Assembly (NCBI GenBank): GCA_963757235.1
Contig: CAVWRC010000010.1
Coordinates: 218,009-282,008, forward strand
Length of the DNA stretch: 64,000 bases
Reading direction: 5' to 3'
Origin: an uncultured Solirubrobacterales bacterium
GTDB taxonomy: Bacteria; Actinomycetota; Thermoleophilia; Solirubrobacterales; Solirubrobacteraceae
Positions 7,670 through 16,977 of the stretch are shown piece after piece (within the stretch, counting starts at the first letter, position 1; every line of letters starts with the position of its first letter). A program made the translations under genes and the position numbers. The notes below the pieces were generated by a model. It made no database searches and was not told where the DNA came from. It saw nothing but the letters and a program-made list of their open reading frames with translations.

Positions 7670-9400
7670 CTACCCGCTCACCTTACCTGGGCATGTCGAG
7701 AACACCCGGAACGTGCGAACGTGCGCAATCAGCGTGTAACGAGCGCCGTCGTGCTCCCAGGCGATGATCTGCTGCGGGGTGGGGAGAAGGGTGGCGTTCG
7801 ACTGGGCGCGGGTCTGGAGGATCACGTTCGGCCACGGTGGACCGGCCAGCGTGGCCGGCTCGGCCTCGACGCGCAGGGTGCGAACGCCGAGCGTCCAGGC
7901 CACCATCGGGACCTGGAAGCCCTCGGTCATCACCGATCCGCACCGGAGCAGCGCCTGTGCGCCGCCCGCCTGTGCCACTGCGGCGTTCAGATCGTCGCGC
8001 AGGTGCGCCTGGTAGATGAGGGCGTGATGGGTCCGGGGCAGGCTGATGACGTTCTTGCTGATCCACGGCGGCACGGCCAGGAACAGCGCAATCGCCGCCG
8101 CGGTCCCGATCGGGAGCGCGACCCGCGGGGCAGCCAGCCCTGCCAGCCTTGGACTTCGCTCGGCGAGCCAGCGGACGCCGCGTGCGGCCGAGCGCATCGC
8201 CCAGCCCCAGCCGACGCCACCGGCGATGGCTACCGCCGCCGTCCCGAACACGAGGTAACGGTCATTGCCCGAGAACCCGGCCTGGGTCTCGAACGCGATG
8301 ATCAGCCACCACACAAGCCCGTACCCGCCGATGATCAACAGCCACATCCGGCCGCGCGTCGGCGGGGTCATCGGGCTCTGCCTCCACCACGAGGCGCGTG
8401 TGCGCCACAAGCCGACCGCGGCCACGATCATCGCGAGGATGCCGGCGATCTTGACCCGGTTGAGCACGGTTGGCCACGCTTCCTTCTCGTACACCGTGCA
8501 CACCGGGCACTTCGTGAATGCGGCGCTGTTAGCGCGTGGGTGCTGAGCCCGGGTGACGCCGCGGAGAAGGTGACCGGACCCCCAGAGCTCGGGCAGGAAC
8601 CACAGCACCGGGATGAGCGCGAACAGCGCCACCACCAGCCGGCGCGCGCCCGGATCCTTCCAGAACAGGTAGAGCCCATACGGGCCCCAGAAGAGCCACA
8701 ACTCGGGCCGGTCGAGCGCGGCGAAGAAGCCGATCACGAACGCCCGTTGGCGAGCGCCGTCCAGGTAGCTGTCGACCGCCATCAGCCCGAACGCCGTGGC
8801 GAGCCCCTCCGAGTAGCCGAGCGCGTTGTCGGACACGAAGCCGCCCGAATTGATGAGGCTGCCCGCGGCGATCAGGCCCGCGAGGGCCGGCGCGATCAGC
8901 ACCATCCAGCCGGGCGCCCGTGTCTCGACCTCGGTCCCCGAGACGATGTCGCGGGTTATGCGCCAGGCGACCTTGAACACCATCACCACCGCCATCACGG
9001 CGCCGGCTCGTGCGATCACGAGCCACAGGTCCGGCTGCGCCTTGCCGAACAGCGCGAACGGAACCGTGAACAGCATCGGCAGCGGCTTCCACGAGGGCCC
9101 GCCGGCCGTATGCAGGTCGAAATGGATGATCTCGTGGCCCCAGACCAGCCACGCCCACGGGTCGTAGCTCGGGGTGGACGGGATCGCCAGGGACAGCGCC
9201 GCGATGACCAGCGCCGCGCCCGCGAGCCAGAGATAGAACGAACCGCCGCTGAGACGGGCGGTGAGCGCGCGAGCCCGCGCCGTGGCGTTGGCCGACGGCG
9301 CCGGTGCAGTCAGCTCTGCGGTAGGAACAGACAAGGAGACCGGAAGATGTGGTTGGTGCCGCGCTCGCAAGTTACGCACGGCGGCGGCAGACGCGTACAC
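7670..9400 (-). CDS. polytopic membrane protein, probable GT-C glycosyltransferase
   Basis: SYDPWAWLVWG, SWKPLP, YSEG and RPE motifs; multiple TM helices; start codon uncertain. Confidence 0.7.
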   Translation of the reverse strand: MYASAAAVRNLRARHQPHLPVSLSVPTAELTAPAPSANATARARALTARLSGGSFYLWLAGAALVIAALSLAIPSTPSYDPWAWLVWGHEIIHFDLHTAGGPSWKPLPMLFTVPFALFGKAQPDLWLVIARAGAVMAVVMVFKVAWRITRDIVSGTEVETRAPGWMVLIAPALAGLIAAGSLINSGGFVSDNALGYSEGLATAFGLMAVDSYLDGARQRAFVIGFFAALDRPELWLFWGPYGLYLFWKDPGARRLVVALFALIPVLWFLPELWGSGHLLRGVTRAQHPRANSAAFTKCPVCTVYEKEAWPTVLNRVKIAGILAMIVAAVGLWRTRASWWRQSPMTPPTRGRMWLLIIGGYGLVWWLIIAFETQAGFSGNDRYLVFGTAAVAIAGGVGWGWAMRSAARGVRWLAERSPRLAGLAAPRVALPIGTAAAIALFLAVPPWISKNVISLPRTHHALIYQAHLRDDLNAAVAQAGGAQALLRCGSVMTEGFQVPMVAWTLGVRTLRVEAEPATLAGPPWPNVILQTRAQSNATLLPTPQQIIAWEHDGARYTLIAHVRTFRVFSTCPGKVSG

Positions 9401-9525
9401 AGCCTGCGCACCGAGCGCGGGCGACGCGCCAGCATTCTAGTCGGACGAGCCGATAGGCCTCGGCCTTCCGGACGGCGCCTCCGGACCGGGCTCATGTAGC
9501 GCGCGCCGGGCTCAAACCGCGTCGG

Positions 9526-9975
9526 CTAACCCGAGACGCCCTGCTGCAGGCAGGCCGCGATGCTGGCCAGCTCGCCGCCCGAGCCCTGGTTGGGGTAGAC
9601 GAGCGCGGTGCCGATCACCTCGGCGGCTTGCGTCTTTCCCTCGATCTGATCGGCTTGCGCCGCCCCAGGGCTGTTCGTGAACACGATGGTGGGCCCGGCC
9701 GGAGGTGAGCCGACCCGCAGCTCGATTGGGCTGACCACTTGAACCGGCAGGTGCGCGCCGCGAATGCAGCCGATGTGGTTGTCGATGTCGGTCAACGGGC
9801 TGTCGACATCGCCCCGGCTGGCGAGCGTGCTTGACCCGCTCGGGGTGGTCGGCTGCACCCGGACCGCGCCGCACCCGGCAAGCGCGATCGCGCAGCCGAG
9901 CAGCGCCATCAATGCCCGCGCCGGAGTGCCGGCAGGCCGAGGTACCCGCGATGAGACGTGCGTAACGGACGGCAT
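9526..9975 (-). CDS. putative lipoprotein
   Basis: Lipobox-like LAGC after a hydrophobic stretch. Confidence 0.7.
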   Translation of the reverse strand: MPSVTHVSSRVPRPAGTPARALMALLGCAIALAGCGAVRVQPTTPSGSSTLASRGDVDSPLTDIDNHIGCIRGAHLPVQVVSPIELRVGSPPAGPTIVFTNSPGAAQADQIEGKTQAAEVIGTALVYPNQGSGGELASIAACLQQGVSG

Positions 9976-10007
9976 GCGATTTCGAAAGGTAGAGGATCAT
10001 CCTGACT

Positions 10008-11627
10008 GTGCTCCTGTACGGCGCCCTGTCCGGACCGCTGCCGAAGCTGGGCGTAGTGGCGGTGGCGCTCATCGCGGCCGTGGTCATGCTCCATCGCGAC
10101 GCGCGGGTCCAGGCGGTGGCCACACTCGCTGCGCTGGTGCTTTCGCCGGTGCTGCTGCTCGCTGCCATCTGGCACTCACCGCAGCTCGGCGTCGTGCATC
10201 GCCATCCGCTCTTCGCGGTGGTTGGCGCGATCGTCGCGGTCGGGGTGGTGATCGCCGCGGCCGTCGCAGTCGACCGGCGGCCGGCTCTGCTGGCCGGCGC
10301 GGTGCTGATTGCGCTGCCGTTCCGAATCCCGATCCAGGCCGGTGGCACCACGGCCAACCTGCTGGTGCCGCTGTATTTCGTCGTCGCGGCCGGATCGGTC
10401 GCGTTCGTCTTCCGGACGCTCCGGCCGGGGGCGGGTGCCGCGATGGGCGCCACGGCAGCCACGGACACCGATCACAACGCGGTGCCGGGCACTGATCACA
10501 AGGGGTCGGGCACCGATCTCTCCGACCGCACCGCCCCCGCCGCCGAGCCGGCCCGCTGGCTCGAGCGGCTGCTCGCCGCGTTCGTCGTCCTCTACGGCCT
10601 GCAAGCGACGTACTCGCCGGCCTTCCAGACGGCCCTTCAGAACATGGTGTTCTTTTACGTCCCGTTCGCGCTCGCCTACTGCCTGCTGCGCCGGATCGAC
10701 TGGACGCCGCGCCTGACGCGGACCTGCCTGGTGCTGATCGCCGGCCTGGCGGTGCTGTTCGCGCTCGTGGGCTTCGTCGAGTACGCCACCAAGACGATCT
10801 TCCTGAACCCGAAGCTGATCGCCGCCAACGCCAACCACACCTACTTCGCGGTCAACTCGGTGTTCTTCGACTCGAACATCTTCGGCCGGTTCATGGCGCT
10901 CGTGATGGTCCTGCTGGGCGCAGTGCTGCTCTATGCCCGCAGCCGGCGAACCCTCCTCGGAACCCTCGCGGTGCTGGCGATCGTGTGGGTCGGCCTCGTC
11001 CTCGCCGTGTCGGGCTCGAGTCTCGGGGCGCTCCTGGTGGGGCTCGGGACGCTGGCCGCACTCCGGTGGAAGGTCGATCGGGCGGTTTTCGCGGCGGCCG
11101 CAGTGGTGGCCCTGGCGGCGGCGGCGGTCGCAGTCACGCCGACGACGTTCGGGCTCAACCAGGGCTTGAACGGCGCCTCGAGAGGCCGCGCAGGACTCGT
11201 GAGCGGGGGCCTCGACCTGTTCTCCGAACGACCGATCTGGGGGTACGGGTCGGCCTCGTTCGAGACCGAGTACGGCAAGCGCCACCATGTGCTCGGCGAG
11301 ACCACGTCGGCGTCGCACACCATTCCGATCACCATTGCCGCCGAACAGGGCCTGATCGGCGAGATCGCCTACATCGCGCTCGTGCTCGCGGCGTTGATCA
11401 CGCTGCTGCGCCGTGCCCGGGCGGATCCCGCTCGGGTCGCCGTCGCGGGCGCGTTCGTGGCGCTGGTCTTCCACACCCTCCTGTACGCGGACTTCCTCGA
11501 GGATCCGATCACCTGGACGCTGCTTGCGATCGGCGCCGCGCTCGCCCGGCAGGCGCCGGCGGCCCGGGCGGCGCCGGGCAGCGACATCCTCGGACGCGGT
11601 CGCAAGCTCCAACGCCAGCTCGCGTAG
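10008..11627 (+). CDS. O-antigen ligase family membrane protein
   Basis: Polytopic; DSNIFG, 'RPIWGYGSASF' and SHT (periplasmic-loop His) motifs. Confidence 0.8.
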   Translation: MLLYGALSGPLPKLGVVAVALIAAVVMLHRDARVQAVATLAALVLSPVLLLAAIWHSPQLGVVHRHPLFAVVGAIVAVGVVIAAAVAVDRRPALLAGAVLIALPFRIPIQAGGTTANLLVPLYFVVAAGSVAFVFRTLRPGAGAAMGATAATDTDHNAVPGTDHKGSGTDLSDRTAPAAEPARWLERLLAAFVVLYGLQATYSPAFQTALQNMVFFYVPFALAYCLLRRIDWTPRLTRTCLVLIAGLAVLFALVGFVEYATKTIFLNPKLIAANANHTYFAVNSVFFDSNIFGRFMALVMVLLGAVLLYARSRRTLLGTLAVLAIVWVGLVLAVSGSSLGALLVGLGTLAALRWKVDRAVFAAAAVVALAAAAVAVTPTTFGLNQGLNGASRGRAGLVSGGLDLFSERPIWGYGSASFETEYGKRHHVLGETTSASHTIPITIAAEQGLIGEIAYIALVLAALITLLRRARADPARVAVAGAFVALVFHTLLYADFLEDPITWTLLAIGAALARQAPAARAAPGSDILGRGRKLQRQLA

Positions 11628-11728
11628 TCGGGAGCCGCGGGACCGTGCCATACGCAAATCATTGGCGTATGTGCGGGTTGTGACATCGGGGGTGACATCG
11701 CCGGCCGATAGGGGTAGCATCGGCCCCC

Positions 11729-11989
11729 GTGACCTGGGGACTCATCTGGTTGATGCTCGCCCTCAAGATCCCGCTCGCAGGGCTGATCTACCTCGTCTGG
11801 TGGGCGATCCACCAGGAGCCCGACGAGGCCTCCTCCCAGGACGACGACGGCGGCATCAAGCGCAACCCACGCCACCCGCGTAAGCCGTTTCCGCGCCACC
11901 CACGCCGCGGGCCGCACGGCGATCCGGCGCCGCTGGCGCCACCGCGCGTGCGGGTCAGCCGGGCACGGATCCGCACGTTCGAGCGCTGA
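11729..11989 (+). CDS. small membrane protein
   Basis: N-terminal TM helix; TAGCAT -10 box 8 nt before GTG. Confidence 0.7.
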   Translation: MTWGLIWLMLALKIPLAGLIYLVWWAIHQEPDEASSQDDDGGIKRNPRHPRKPFPRHPRRGPHGDPAPLAPPRVRVSRARIRTFER

Positions 11990-12078
11990 CCGCGCTCGCA
12001 GGACCGCTGACCGCGCTCGAGCCCGCGAGCAAGCCCCAGCCGCGCCCGGTCCGCCCCCACTGGCAGACTTGCGCGGAG

Positions 12079-12729
12079 ATGAACGCTCCCACCTCTGTCC
12101 TCTCCGACGCGACGATCACCGAGCTCGTGCACCAGGGCCGGATCCGGATCGATCCGTGGGATCCGAGTCTCGTCCAGCCCGCCAGCGTCGACCTGCGCCT
12201 GGGCGACTCGTTCCGCGTCTTCCACAACCATCGTGCGTCGGCGATCGACCTGCGCGAGCCGCCGTCGGGCCTCACCGAGGAGGTGGTGCTCGGGACCGAT
12301 GAGTCATTCGTGATCCATCCGGGCGAGTTCTGTCTCGGACGAACCCTCGAATGGGTCGAACTCCCCGACGACATCGTGGCGAGAATCGAGGGCAAATCGA
12401 GCATCGGCCGCCTCGGCCTGATCGTGCACGCCACCGCCGGATTCTGCGACCCCGGCTGGAAGGGGACACTCACGCTCGAGCTCAACAACCTCACCCGCGT
12501 CCCGATCAAGCTCTACCCGGGCCTTCAGATCGCGCAGCTCTCGTTCATGACCCTGGACCGACCGGCGGCCCGGCCGTACGGCAGCCCCGAGCTGGGTAGC
12601 CATTACCAGGGCCAGACCGCCGCCACCGAGAGCCGCTATCCGGGAATGAAGTCCACCGCCCCCGCCGGCGGCGACCCCAACCAAACTATCGCCCCCGCCG
12701 GCGGGGCGAAGCAGCCACCTATCAAGTAG
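12079..12729 (+). CDS. dcd: dCTP deaminase
   Basis: VQPASVDLRLG, ARIEGKSSIGRLGL, DPGWKGTLTLEL, YQGQ. Confidence 0.95.
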   Translation: MNAPTSVLSDATITELVHQGRIRIDPWDPSLVQPASVDLRLGDSFRVFHNHRASAIDLREPPSGLTEEVVLGTDESFVIHPGEFCLGRTLEWVELPDDIVARIEGKSSIGRLGLIVHATAGFCDPGWKGTLTLELNNLTRVPIKLYPGLQIAQLSFMTLDRPAARPYGSPELGSHYQGQTAATESRYPGMKSTAPAGGDPNQTIAPAGGAKQPPIK

Positions 12730-12739
12730 GCTCGCGCCC

Positions 12740-12961
12740 GTGCCTGCCCTGCTGATCGCCGCCGGGGAGCCTTCGAAGGTCCCGCTCTACATCATCGGCG
12801 GCCTGTTCGTGGTGTGGGCGCTCAGCCTGGCCGCCCTCGGACTCACGCGACCGGCCTTTCCCTATAGTGCCCGCGGCGCCCGGCTCGTGATGGGCACCAG
12901 CGCGGTCCTGATGGTGGCGACGATGGCCACGGCCGTCCTCACGAGCGCCTTCCCCAAGTAG
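12740..12961 (+). CDS. small two-TM membrane protein
   Basis: Hydrophobic 73 aa; TAGGCT 7 nt before GTG. Confidence 0.7.
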   Translation: MPALLIAAGEPSKVPLYIIGGLFVVWALSLAALGLTRPAFPYSARGARLVMGTSAVLMVATMATAVLTSAFPK

Positions 12962-13072
12962 TCCGCACCGACCCCGCGTCTCGCCCACACGATGTGGGTA
13001 CTAAATTCAAGGCTGGTATTCGGCCACGCCCCCGGCCGGAGCACCTTCGGCAAACGCGCGAGAAGGAGCGCC

Positions 13073-14401
13073 ATGACGACACAGACTGAGCAACGAGACG
13101 GCGCCGGCGCAGCGACGTCGAATGAGACCTTGACCGTAACCGACAACCGGACCGGCAAGCAGTACAAGATTCCGATCGAGGACAACACGATCCGCGCCAC
13201 CGAGCTGCGAAACATCAAGGTGGACGAGGACGACTTCGGCCTGATGACCTATGACCCGGCGTACATGGCCACCGCGTCGTGTCGCTCGGCGATCACGTAC
13301 ATCGACGGCGAGAACGGCATTCTCGAGTACCGTGGCTACCCGATCGAGCAGCTGGCCGAGCGCTCGAGCTATCTCGAGGTCGCCTATCTCCTGATCCACG
13401 GCGAGCTCCCCACTCGCCAGCAGCTCGACGAGTGGATCCACCAGATCACCATCCACACGTTCGTCCACGAGAACGTCAAGGAATTCATGCAGGGCTTCCG
13501 CTACGACGCCCACCCGATGGGGATGCTGCTCGCGTCGGTCGGCGCCCTGTCGACGTTCTATCCCGAGGCGAGCCAGATCCACGACCACGACACCCGCTAC
13601 ATCCAGGTGATCCGGCTGCTGGCCAAGATGCCGACGCTGGCCGCGTTCTCGTTCCGCCATAACCAGGGAAAGCCGTACGTCTATCCCGACAACGAGCTGT
13701 CCTACGCCGGCAACTTCCTCTCGATGATCTACAAGATGACCGAGATCCGGTACGAGCCCGACCCGCGGCTCGAGCACGCCCTCGACGTCCTGTTCATCCT
13801 CCACGCCGACCACGAGCAGAACGCCTCCACCAGCTCGGTTCGCGCCGTGGGCTCGACCCAGGTCGACCCGTACTCGGCGGTGGCGGCCGGCGTCGCGGCG
13901 CTCTACGGGCCGCTGCACGGCGGCGCCAACGAGGCCGCGCTGCGGATGCTCCGCCGGATCGAGACCACGGACAACATCCCCGACTTCATCAACGGCGTGA
14001 AGGAGGGCAAGGAGCGGCTGATGGGCTTCGGCCACCGGGTCTACAAGAACTACGACCCGCGGGCGAAGATCATCAAGAAGGCGCTCGACGAAGTCCTCGA
14101 GGTGACCGGCACCAATCCGCTGCTCGACATCGCACTCGAGCTCGAGAAGATCGCCCTCGACGACAGCTACTTCATCGACCGCAAGCTCTACCCGAACGTC
14201 GACTTCTATTCCGGGCTCATCTATGAGGCGCTCGGGATGCCGATGGAGATGTTCCCGGTGCTGTTCGCGATCGGTCGGACCAGCGGCTGGATCGCACAGT
14301 GGCTCGAGATGATCGACGACCCCGAGCAGAAGATCGCCCGGCCGCGTCAGATCTACACCGGTGATCGCGGCCGCGACTACATCCCCATGGATCAGCGGTA
14401 G
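13073..14401 (+). CDS. gltA: citrate synthase
   Basis: DHEQNAST, GPLHGGANE, GFGHRVYKNYDPR, YPNVDFYSG; RBS AAGGAG before ATG 13073. Confidence 0.97.
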   Translation: MTTQTEQRDGAGAATSNETLTVTDNRTGKQYKIPIEDNTIRATELRNIKVDEDDFGLMTYDPAYMATASCRSAITYIDGENGILEYRGYPIEQLAERSSYLEVAYLLIHGELPTRQQLDEWIHQITIHTFVHENVKEFMQGFRYDAHPMGMLLASVGALSTFYPEASQIHDHDTRYIQVIRLLAKMPTLAAFSFRHNQGKPYVYPDNELSYAGNFLSMIYKMTEIRYEPDPRLEHALDVLFILHADHEQNASTSSVRAVGSTQVDPYSAVAAGVAALYGPLHGGANEAALRMLRRIETTDNIPDFINGVKEGKERLMGFGHRVYKNYDPRAKIIKKALDEVLEVTGTNPLLDIALELEKIALDDSYFIDRKLYPNVDFYSGLIYEALGMPMEMFPVLFAIGRTSGWIAQWLEMIDDPEQKIARPRQIYTGDRGRDYIPMDQR

Positions 14402-14779
14402 CCCTCGCCCACCACAGCCAAAAAACAGAACTGGACGCTCACCGTCCGCGCCGAAGCGCAGGTCGACCACCTGCACTTCGAAGCGCTCGAGCCCGCCCTG
14501 GACACGTTGCGCCAGCGCATCGACGAGCTGGCGCAGTTTGCGGCCGAAGATCCGCCCGGCACCCGACTGCGCCGCTACGCACCCGAGGAACAGGTCGTGG
14601 CCCGGATCGAGCTGTCCGGGCCGCAGCGCCGCTTGCCCAGGGTGCACGCCGGCATCGATGTGCGGGGCGACGGTTCGACCGAGGCCTACGTCGGCCGGGT
14701 CCGCCGCCAGGCGCTCGGCGTCAGGCCGGACGAGGACCCGATCGCGGCGCTACGCCAAGCGATCGTCCCGCCGGCGTGA
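14402..14779 (+). CDS. hypothetical protein, start unresolved (first canonical start TTG 14507)
   Basis: Open frame continues directly after the gltA TAG with coding-like codons. Confidence 0.55.
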   Translation, partial: PSPTTAKKQNWTLTVRAEAQVDHLHFEALEPALDTLRQRIDELAQFAAEDPPGTRLRRYAPEEQVVARIELSGPQRRLPRVHAGIDVRGDGSTEAYVGRVRRQALGVRPDEDPIAALRQAIVPPA

Positions 14780-14827
14780 GCGACCGCCGACCCGATGGTT
14801 CGGGGCTGAGTTATCGTTATCTTTGAA

Positions 14828-15172
14828 GTGATGAGAGGAGCCTTAGTTCCGGTACGCCTTGTGCTCCGACCGTTCGGGTACCTCGCGTTCGTGCTCGCGT
14901 TGGCGTCACTTTCGCTGGCAGCCAAGGCGCTCGGGGATCGCGACGAGCTCGGCTACTTCACCGACCGGCTCGCCCGCATGCTGTGGCGCTATCCCGAGGT
15001 CACCCGGCGGGGCGTTCAGATGGCCTGGCTCGTGTGGGCGGTGGCGCTGGCGATCTCGATCTCGCCTTACGACCCGCTCACGACAACCCGGTGGGACGAG
15101 GTTGCGCTTGTGGCGGTGGCGATGGGCGTGATCTGGCGCCGGCTCCTCGCCGGGCACCGAGCCGAGCGTTGA
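14828..15172 (+). CDS. hypothetical membrane protein
   Basis: Three hydrophobic segments; TATCTT 4 nt before GTG. Confidence 0.65.
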   Translation: MMRGALVPVRLVLRPFGYLAFVLALASLSLAAKALGDRDELGYFTDRLARMLWRYPEVTRRGVQMAWLVWAVALAISISPYDPLTTTRWDEVALVAVAMGVIWRRLLAGHRAER

Positions 15173-15467
15173 GGTTCTCGAGCGCCTGCTCGAGCCCGAC
15201 CTCGGTCGGATCGAGTTCGCGCATGGCGGCGGCGAGGCGGTACTCGGCGAAGTAGTCCGGGTCGATGTCGCACGCCGCGGCGATCAGTTCCATGGCCCGC
15301 ATCGACGGCTTGTCGTGCCCGTTCGCGAGCATGTTGATGTGGGCGTGGGTGATCCCCTTGCCGTCGAGCTTGCGCGTCGCCTCGGCCAAGCCGCGGTAGG
15401 TCAGCGAGCGCTCATCCATCAAGGTCCGGAGCGCTTCTCCGAAGGGTTTCGTGCTGGGCCGAGTCAT
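15078..15467 (-). CDS. XRE-family helix-turn-helix regulator
   Basis: FGEALRTLMDERSLTYRGLAE...HAHINMLANGHDKPS...IAAACDIDPDYF pattern. Confidence 0.85.
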   Translation of the reverse strand: MTRPSTKPFGEALRTLMDERSLTYRGLAEATRKLDGKGITHAHINMLANGHDKPSMRAMELIAAACDIDPDYFAEYRLAAAMRELDPTEVGLEQALENLNARLGARRGAGARSRPSPPPQAQPRPTGLS

Positions 15468-15529
15468 CGAGTCTCCTGATCGGGCTTCCGAAAAATAGCG
15501 CCCCGCCGTGTCGTGATGAGCCTGTGGGG

Positions 15530-15564
15530 TTGACAGGTCTGGCTCACGCTTGGTAGGTTACCTA
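15530..15564 (+). promoter_or_regulatory. housekeeping-type promoter with an overlapping palindrome
   Basis: TTGACA 15530-35, 18-bp spacer, TAGGTT 15554-59; TAGGT-T-ACCTA palindrome 15554-64. Confidence 0.7.
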
Positions 15565-15565
15565 A

Positions 15566-15720
15566 CAGCGCAGCTGCAGGCAACCCTCATTTGACCAGCA
15601 GCTGCCCCCTCGTCGCCAGGCGCAGACCGGCAGGCCGTTGCGACGGGGAGCGCCGGGCCGAGACCTTACCCCGTGAGGGGGCGCAGACCTAGGTTTGCGC
15701 GGGGTTCTCGGCCCGGCTTA
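15566..15720 (+). ncRNA. candidate structured small RNA (family unknown)
   Basis: Follows the promoter; no convincing ORF; stems 15570-77/15598-605, 15608-16/15640-48, and a 12-bp stem 15652-63/15706-17 closing a three-way junction. Confidence 0.55.
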
Positions 15721-15728
15721 TCTATCTC

Positions 15729-16385
15729 CTAAAGAACGAGCGTCGCGCCATGGGCTCGCAGCCAGCGCAGCTGCTCGCGGTACCCCGGACTGCGATCGGC
15801 GAGTAGCCGCCAGAACCGCGGCGAGTGATCCATCACCTCGAGGTGGCAGACCTCGTGCCAGACGACGTAGTCGAGTACCGGCTCGGGCGCGAGCAGCAGC
15901 CGCCAGTTGAAGCTCATCGCGCCGTTGCGCGAGCAGCTCGCCCAGCGCGTCCGCTGCCCGCGGATGGTCAGTCGCGAATATGGCGTGCCCGCCATCGCAC
16001 ACGCGCGGTCCAACCGCGGGCTGATTTCCTCCCGGGCCGACCGGCGGTACCAGCGCTCGAGCGCCGGCCGGAGCCCCTGTCCAGCCGGCACGAACAGCTC
16101 CTCGTCGCGCCGCGTCACGCGGGTGCGTCCGGGCTCACTCACCAGCGCCAAAGACCGTCCCAGGTATGGCACGGTCTCCCCACGCGCGGCCACTGTCGCC
16201 TGCGCCCGGGCCAGCTCGGCGACCCGGCGCTCGATCCACGGCCGCAGCTCCCGGATGGCCGCCGCCGCCTCGCGCTCGGCCGCGCGCCGCGGCAGCACCA
16301 CCTCGACTCCGCGGGTCGCGTCGACCGTGACGCGCACGCGGCGAGCCCGGTCCGAGCGCCGCACCTGATATGTGAGGTCTTCCAC
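15729..16385 (-). CDS. M48/YgjP-like (DUF45) metallopeptidase-family protein
   Basis: RWASCS, FNWRLLLAP, DYVVWHEVCH (HExxH); GTG 16385 with TACTCT 8 nt upstream. Confidence 0.88.
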   Translation of the reverse strand: MEDLTYQVRRSDRARRVRVTVDATRGVEVVLPRRAAEREAAAAIRELRPWIERRVAELARAQATVAARGETVPYLGRSLALVSEPGRTRVTRRDEELFVPAGQGLRPALERWYRRSAREEISPRLDRACAMAGTPYSRLTIRGQRTRWASCSRNGAMSFNWRLLLAPEPVLDYVVWHEVCHLEVMDHSPRFWRLLADRSPGYREQLRWLRAHGATLVL

Positions 16386-16414
16386 GGCGCCAGAGAGTAC
16401 GGTCAGCGTCCGAC

Positions 16415-16969
16415 ATGCGCTCGTTTCCGCGCCTTCTGGAGCCACTCACCGACGGACACGTCGCGCTGCGCGACTACAACGAGCGCGACATCCCCGAGAT
16501 CCTGATCGCCTACCAGGACGATCGGCGGCTGCACCTGATGGCCGGCGAGCAGCGTCCTCCCAGCGGCGCCGAGCTAGGGAGCCGGGCCGAGCGCGAGCCG
16601 GTCGCTCGTGCCGCCGGCGAACGGGCCACGCTGACCATCGTCGAGCCGGGCGCGGACACCTGCCGTGGCCAGGTCGGGGTCACCGACGCGGATTGGGACA
16701 ACCGCCGGGCCGAGCTCGCGATCTGGCTGGCTCCCCAGGTCCGGATGCGGGGGCTTGGGCGCCGATCGCTCAGGCTGGCCGCCGAATGGCTGCTGGGGAC
16801 GTGCGGCTTCGCGCGGGTGGAGCTCGTCGCCGAGCCGGACAACGCCCCCGTCATCGCGGCCGCGCAGGCCGCAGGCTTCGTCCGCGAGGGCGTGTTGCGG
16901 GGCCACCAGCGCAAGCGCGGTAAAAGGGTCGACGTGGTCGTCATGTCCCTGATCACAGCCGATCTCTGA
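16415..16969 (+). CDS. GNAT acetyltransferase (RimJ/RimL type)
   Basis: RAELAIWLAP..RMRGLG, EPDNAP, GFVREGVLR. Confidence 0.85.
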   Translation: MRSFPRLLEPLTDGHVALRDYNERDIPEILIAYQDDRRLHLMAGEQRPPSGAELGSRAEREPVARAAGERATLTIVEPGADTCRGQVGVTDADWDNRRAELAIWLAPQVRMRGLGRRSLRLAAEWLLGTCGFARVELVAEPDNAPVIAAAQAAGFVREGVLRGHQRKRGKRVDVVVMSLITADL

Positions 16970-16977
16970 TTGCTGAC

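Noticed and set aside
12657-12704. 15-bp direct repeat at the 3' end of dcd
   Set aside because: Only encodes a duplicated APAGG in a low-complexity tail; no element signature.
12984-12998. CCCACA-cga-TGTGGG dyad upstream of gltA
   Set aside because: Short, wrong orientation for a CRP site, and could arise by chance.
15570-15610. GGCAACCCTC resembling SAM-I/SAM-IV riboswitch P3
   Set aside because: The other SAM motifs are absent and there is no downstream sense gene to regulate.
15591-15692. 33-codon TTG ORF inside the RNA candidate
   Set aside because: No RBS, and the composition is that of a GC-rich random frame; the structure explains the region better.
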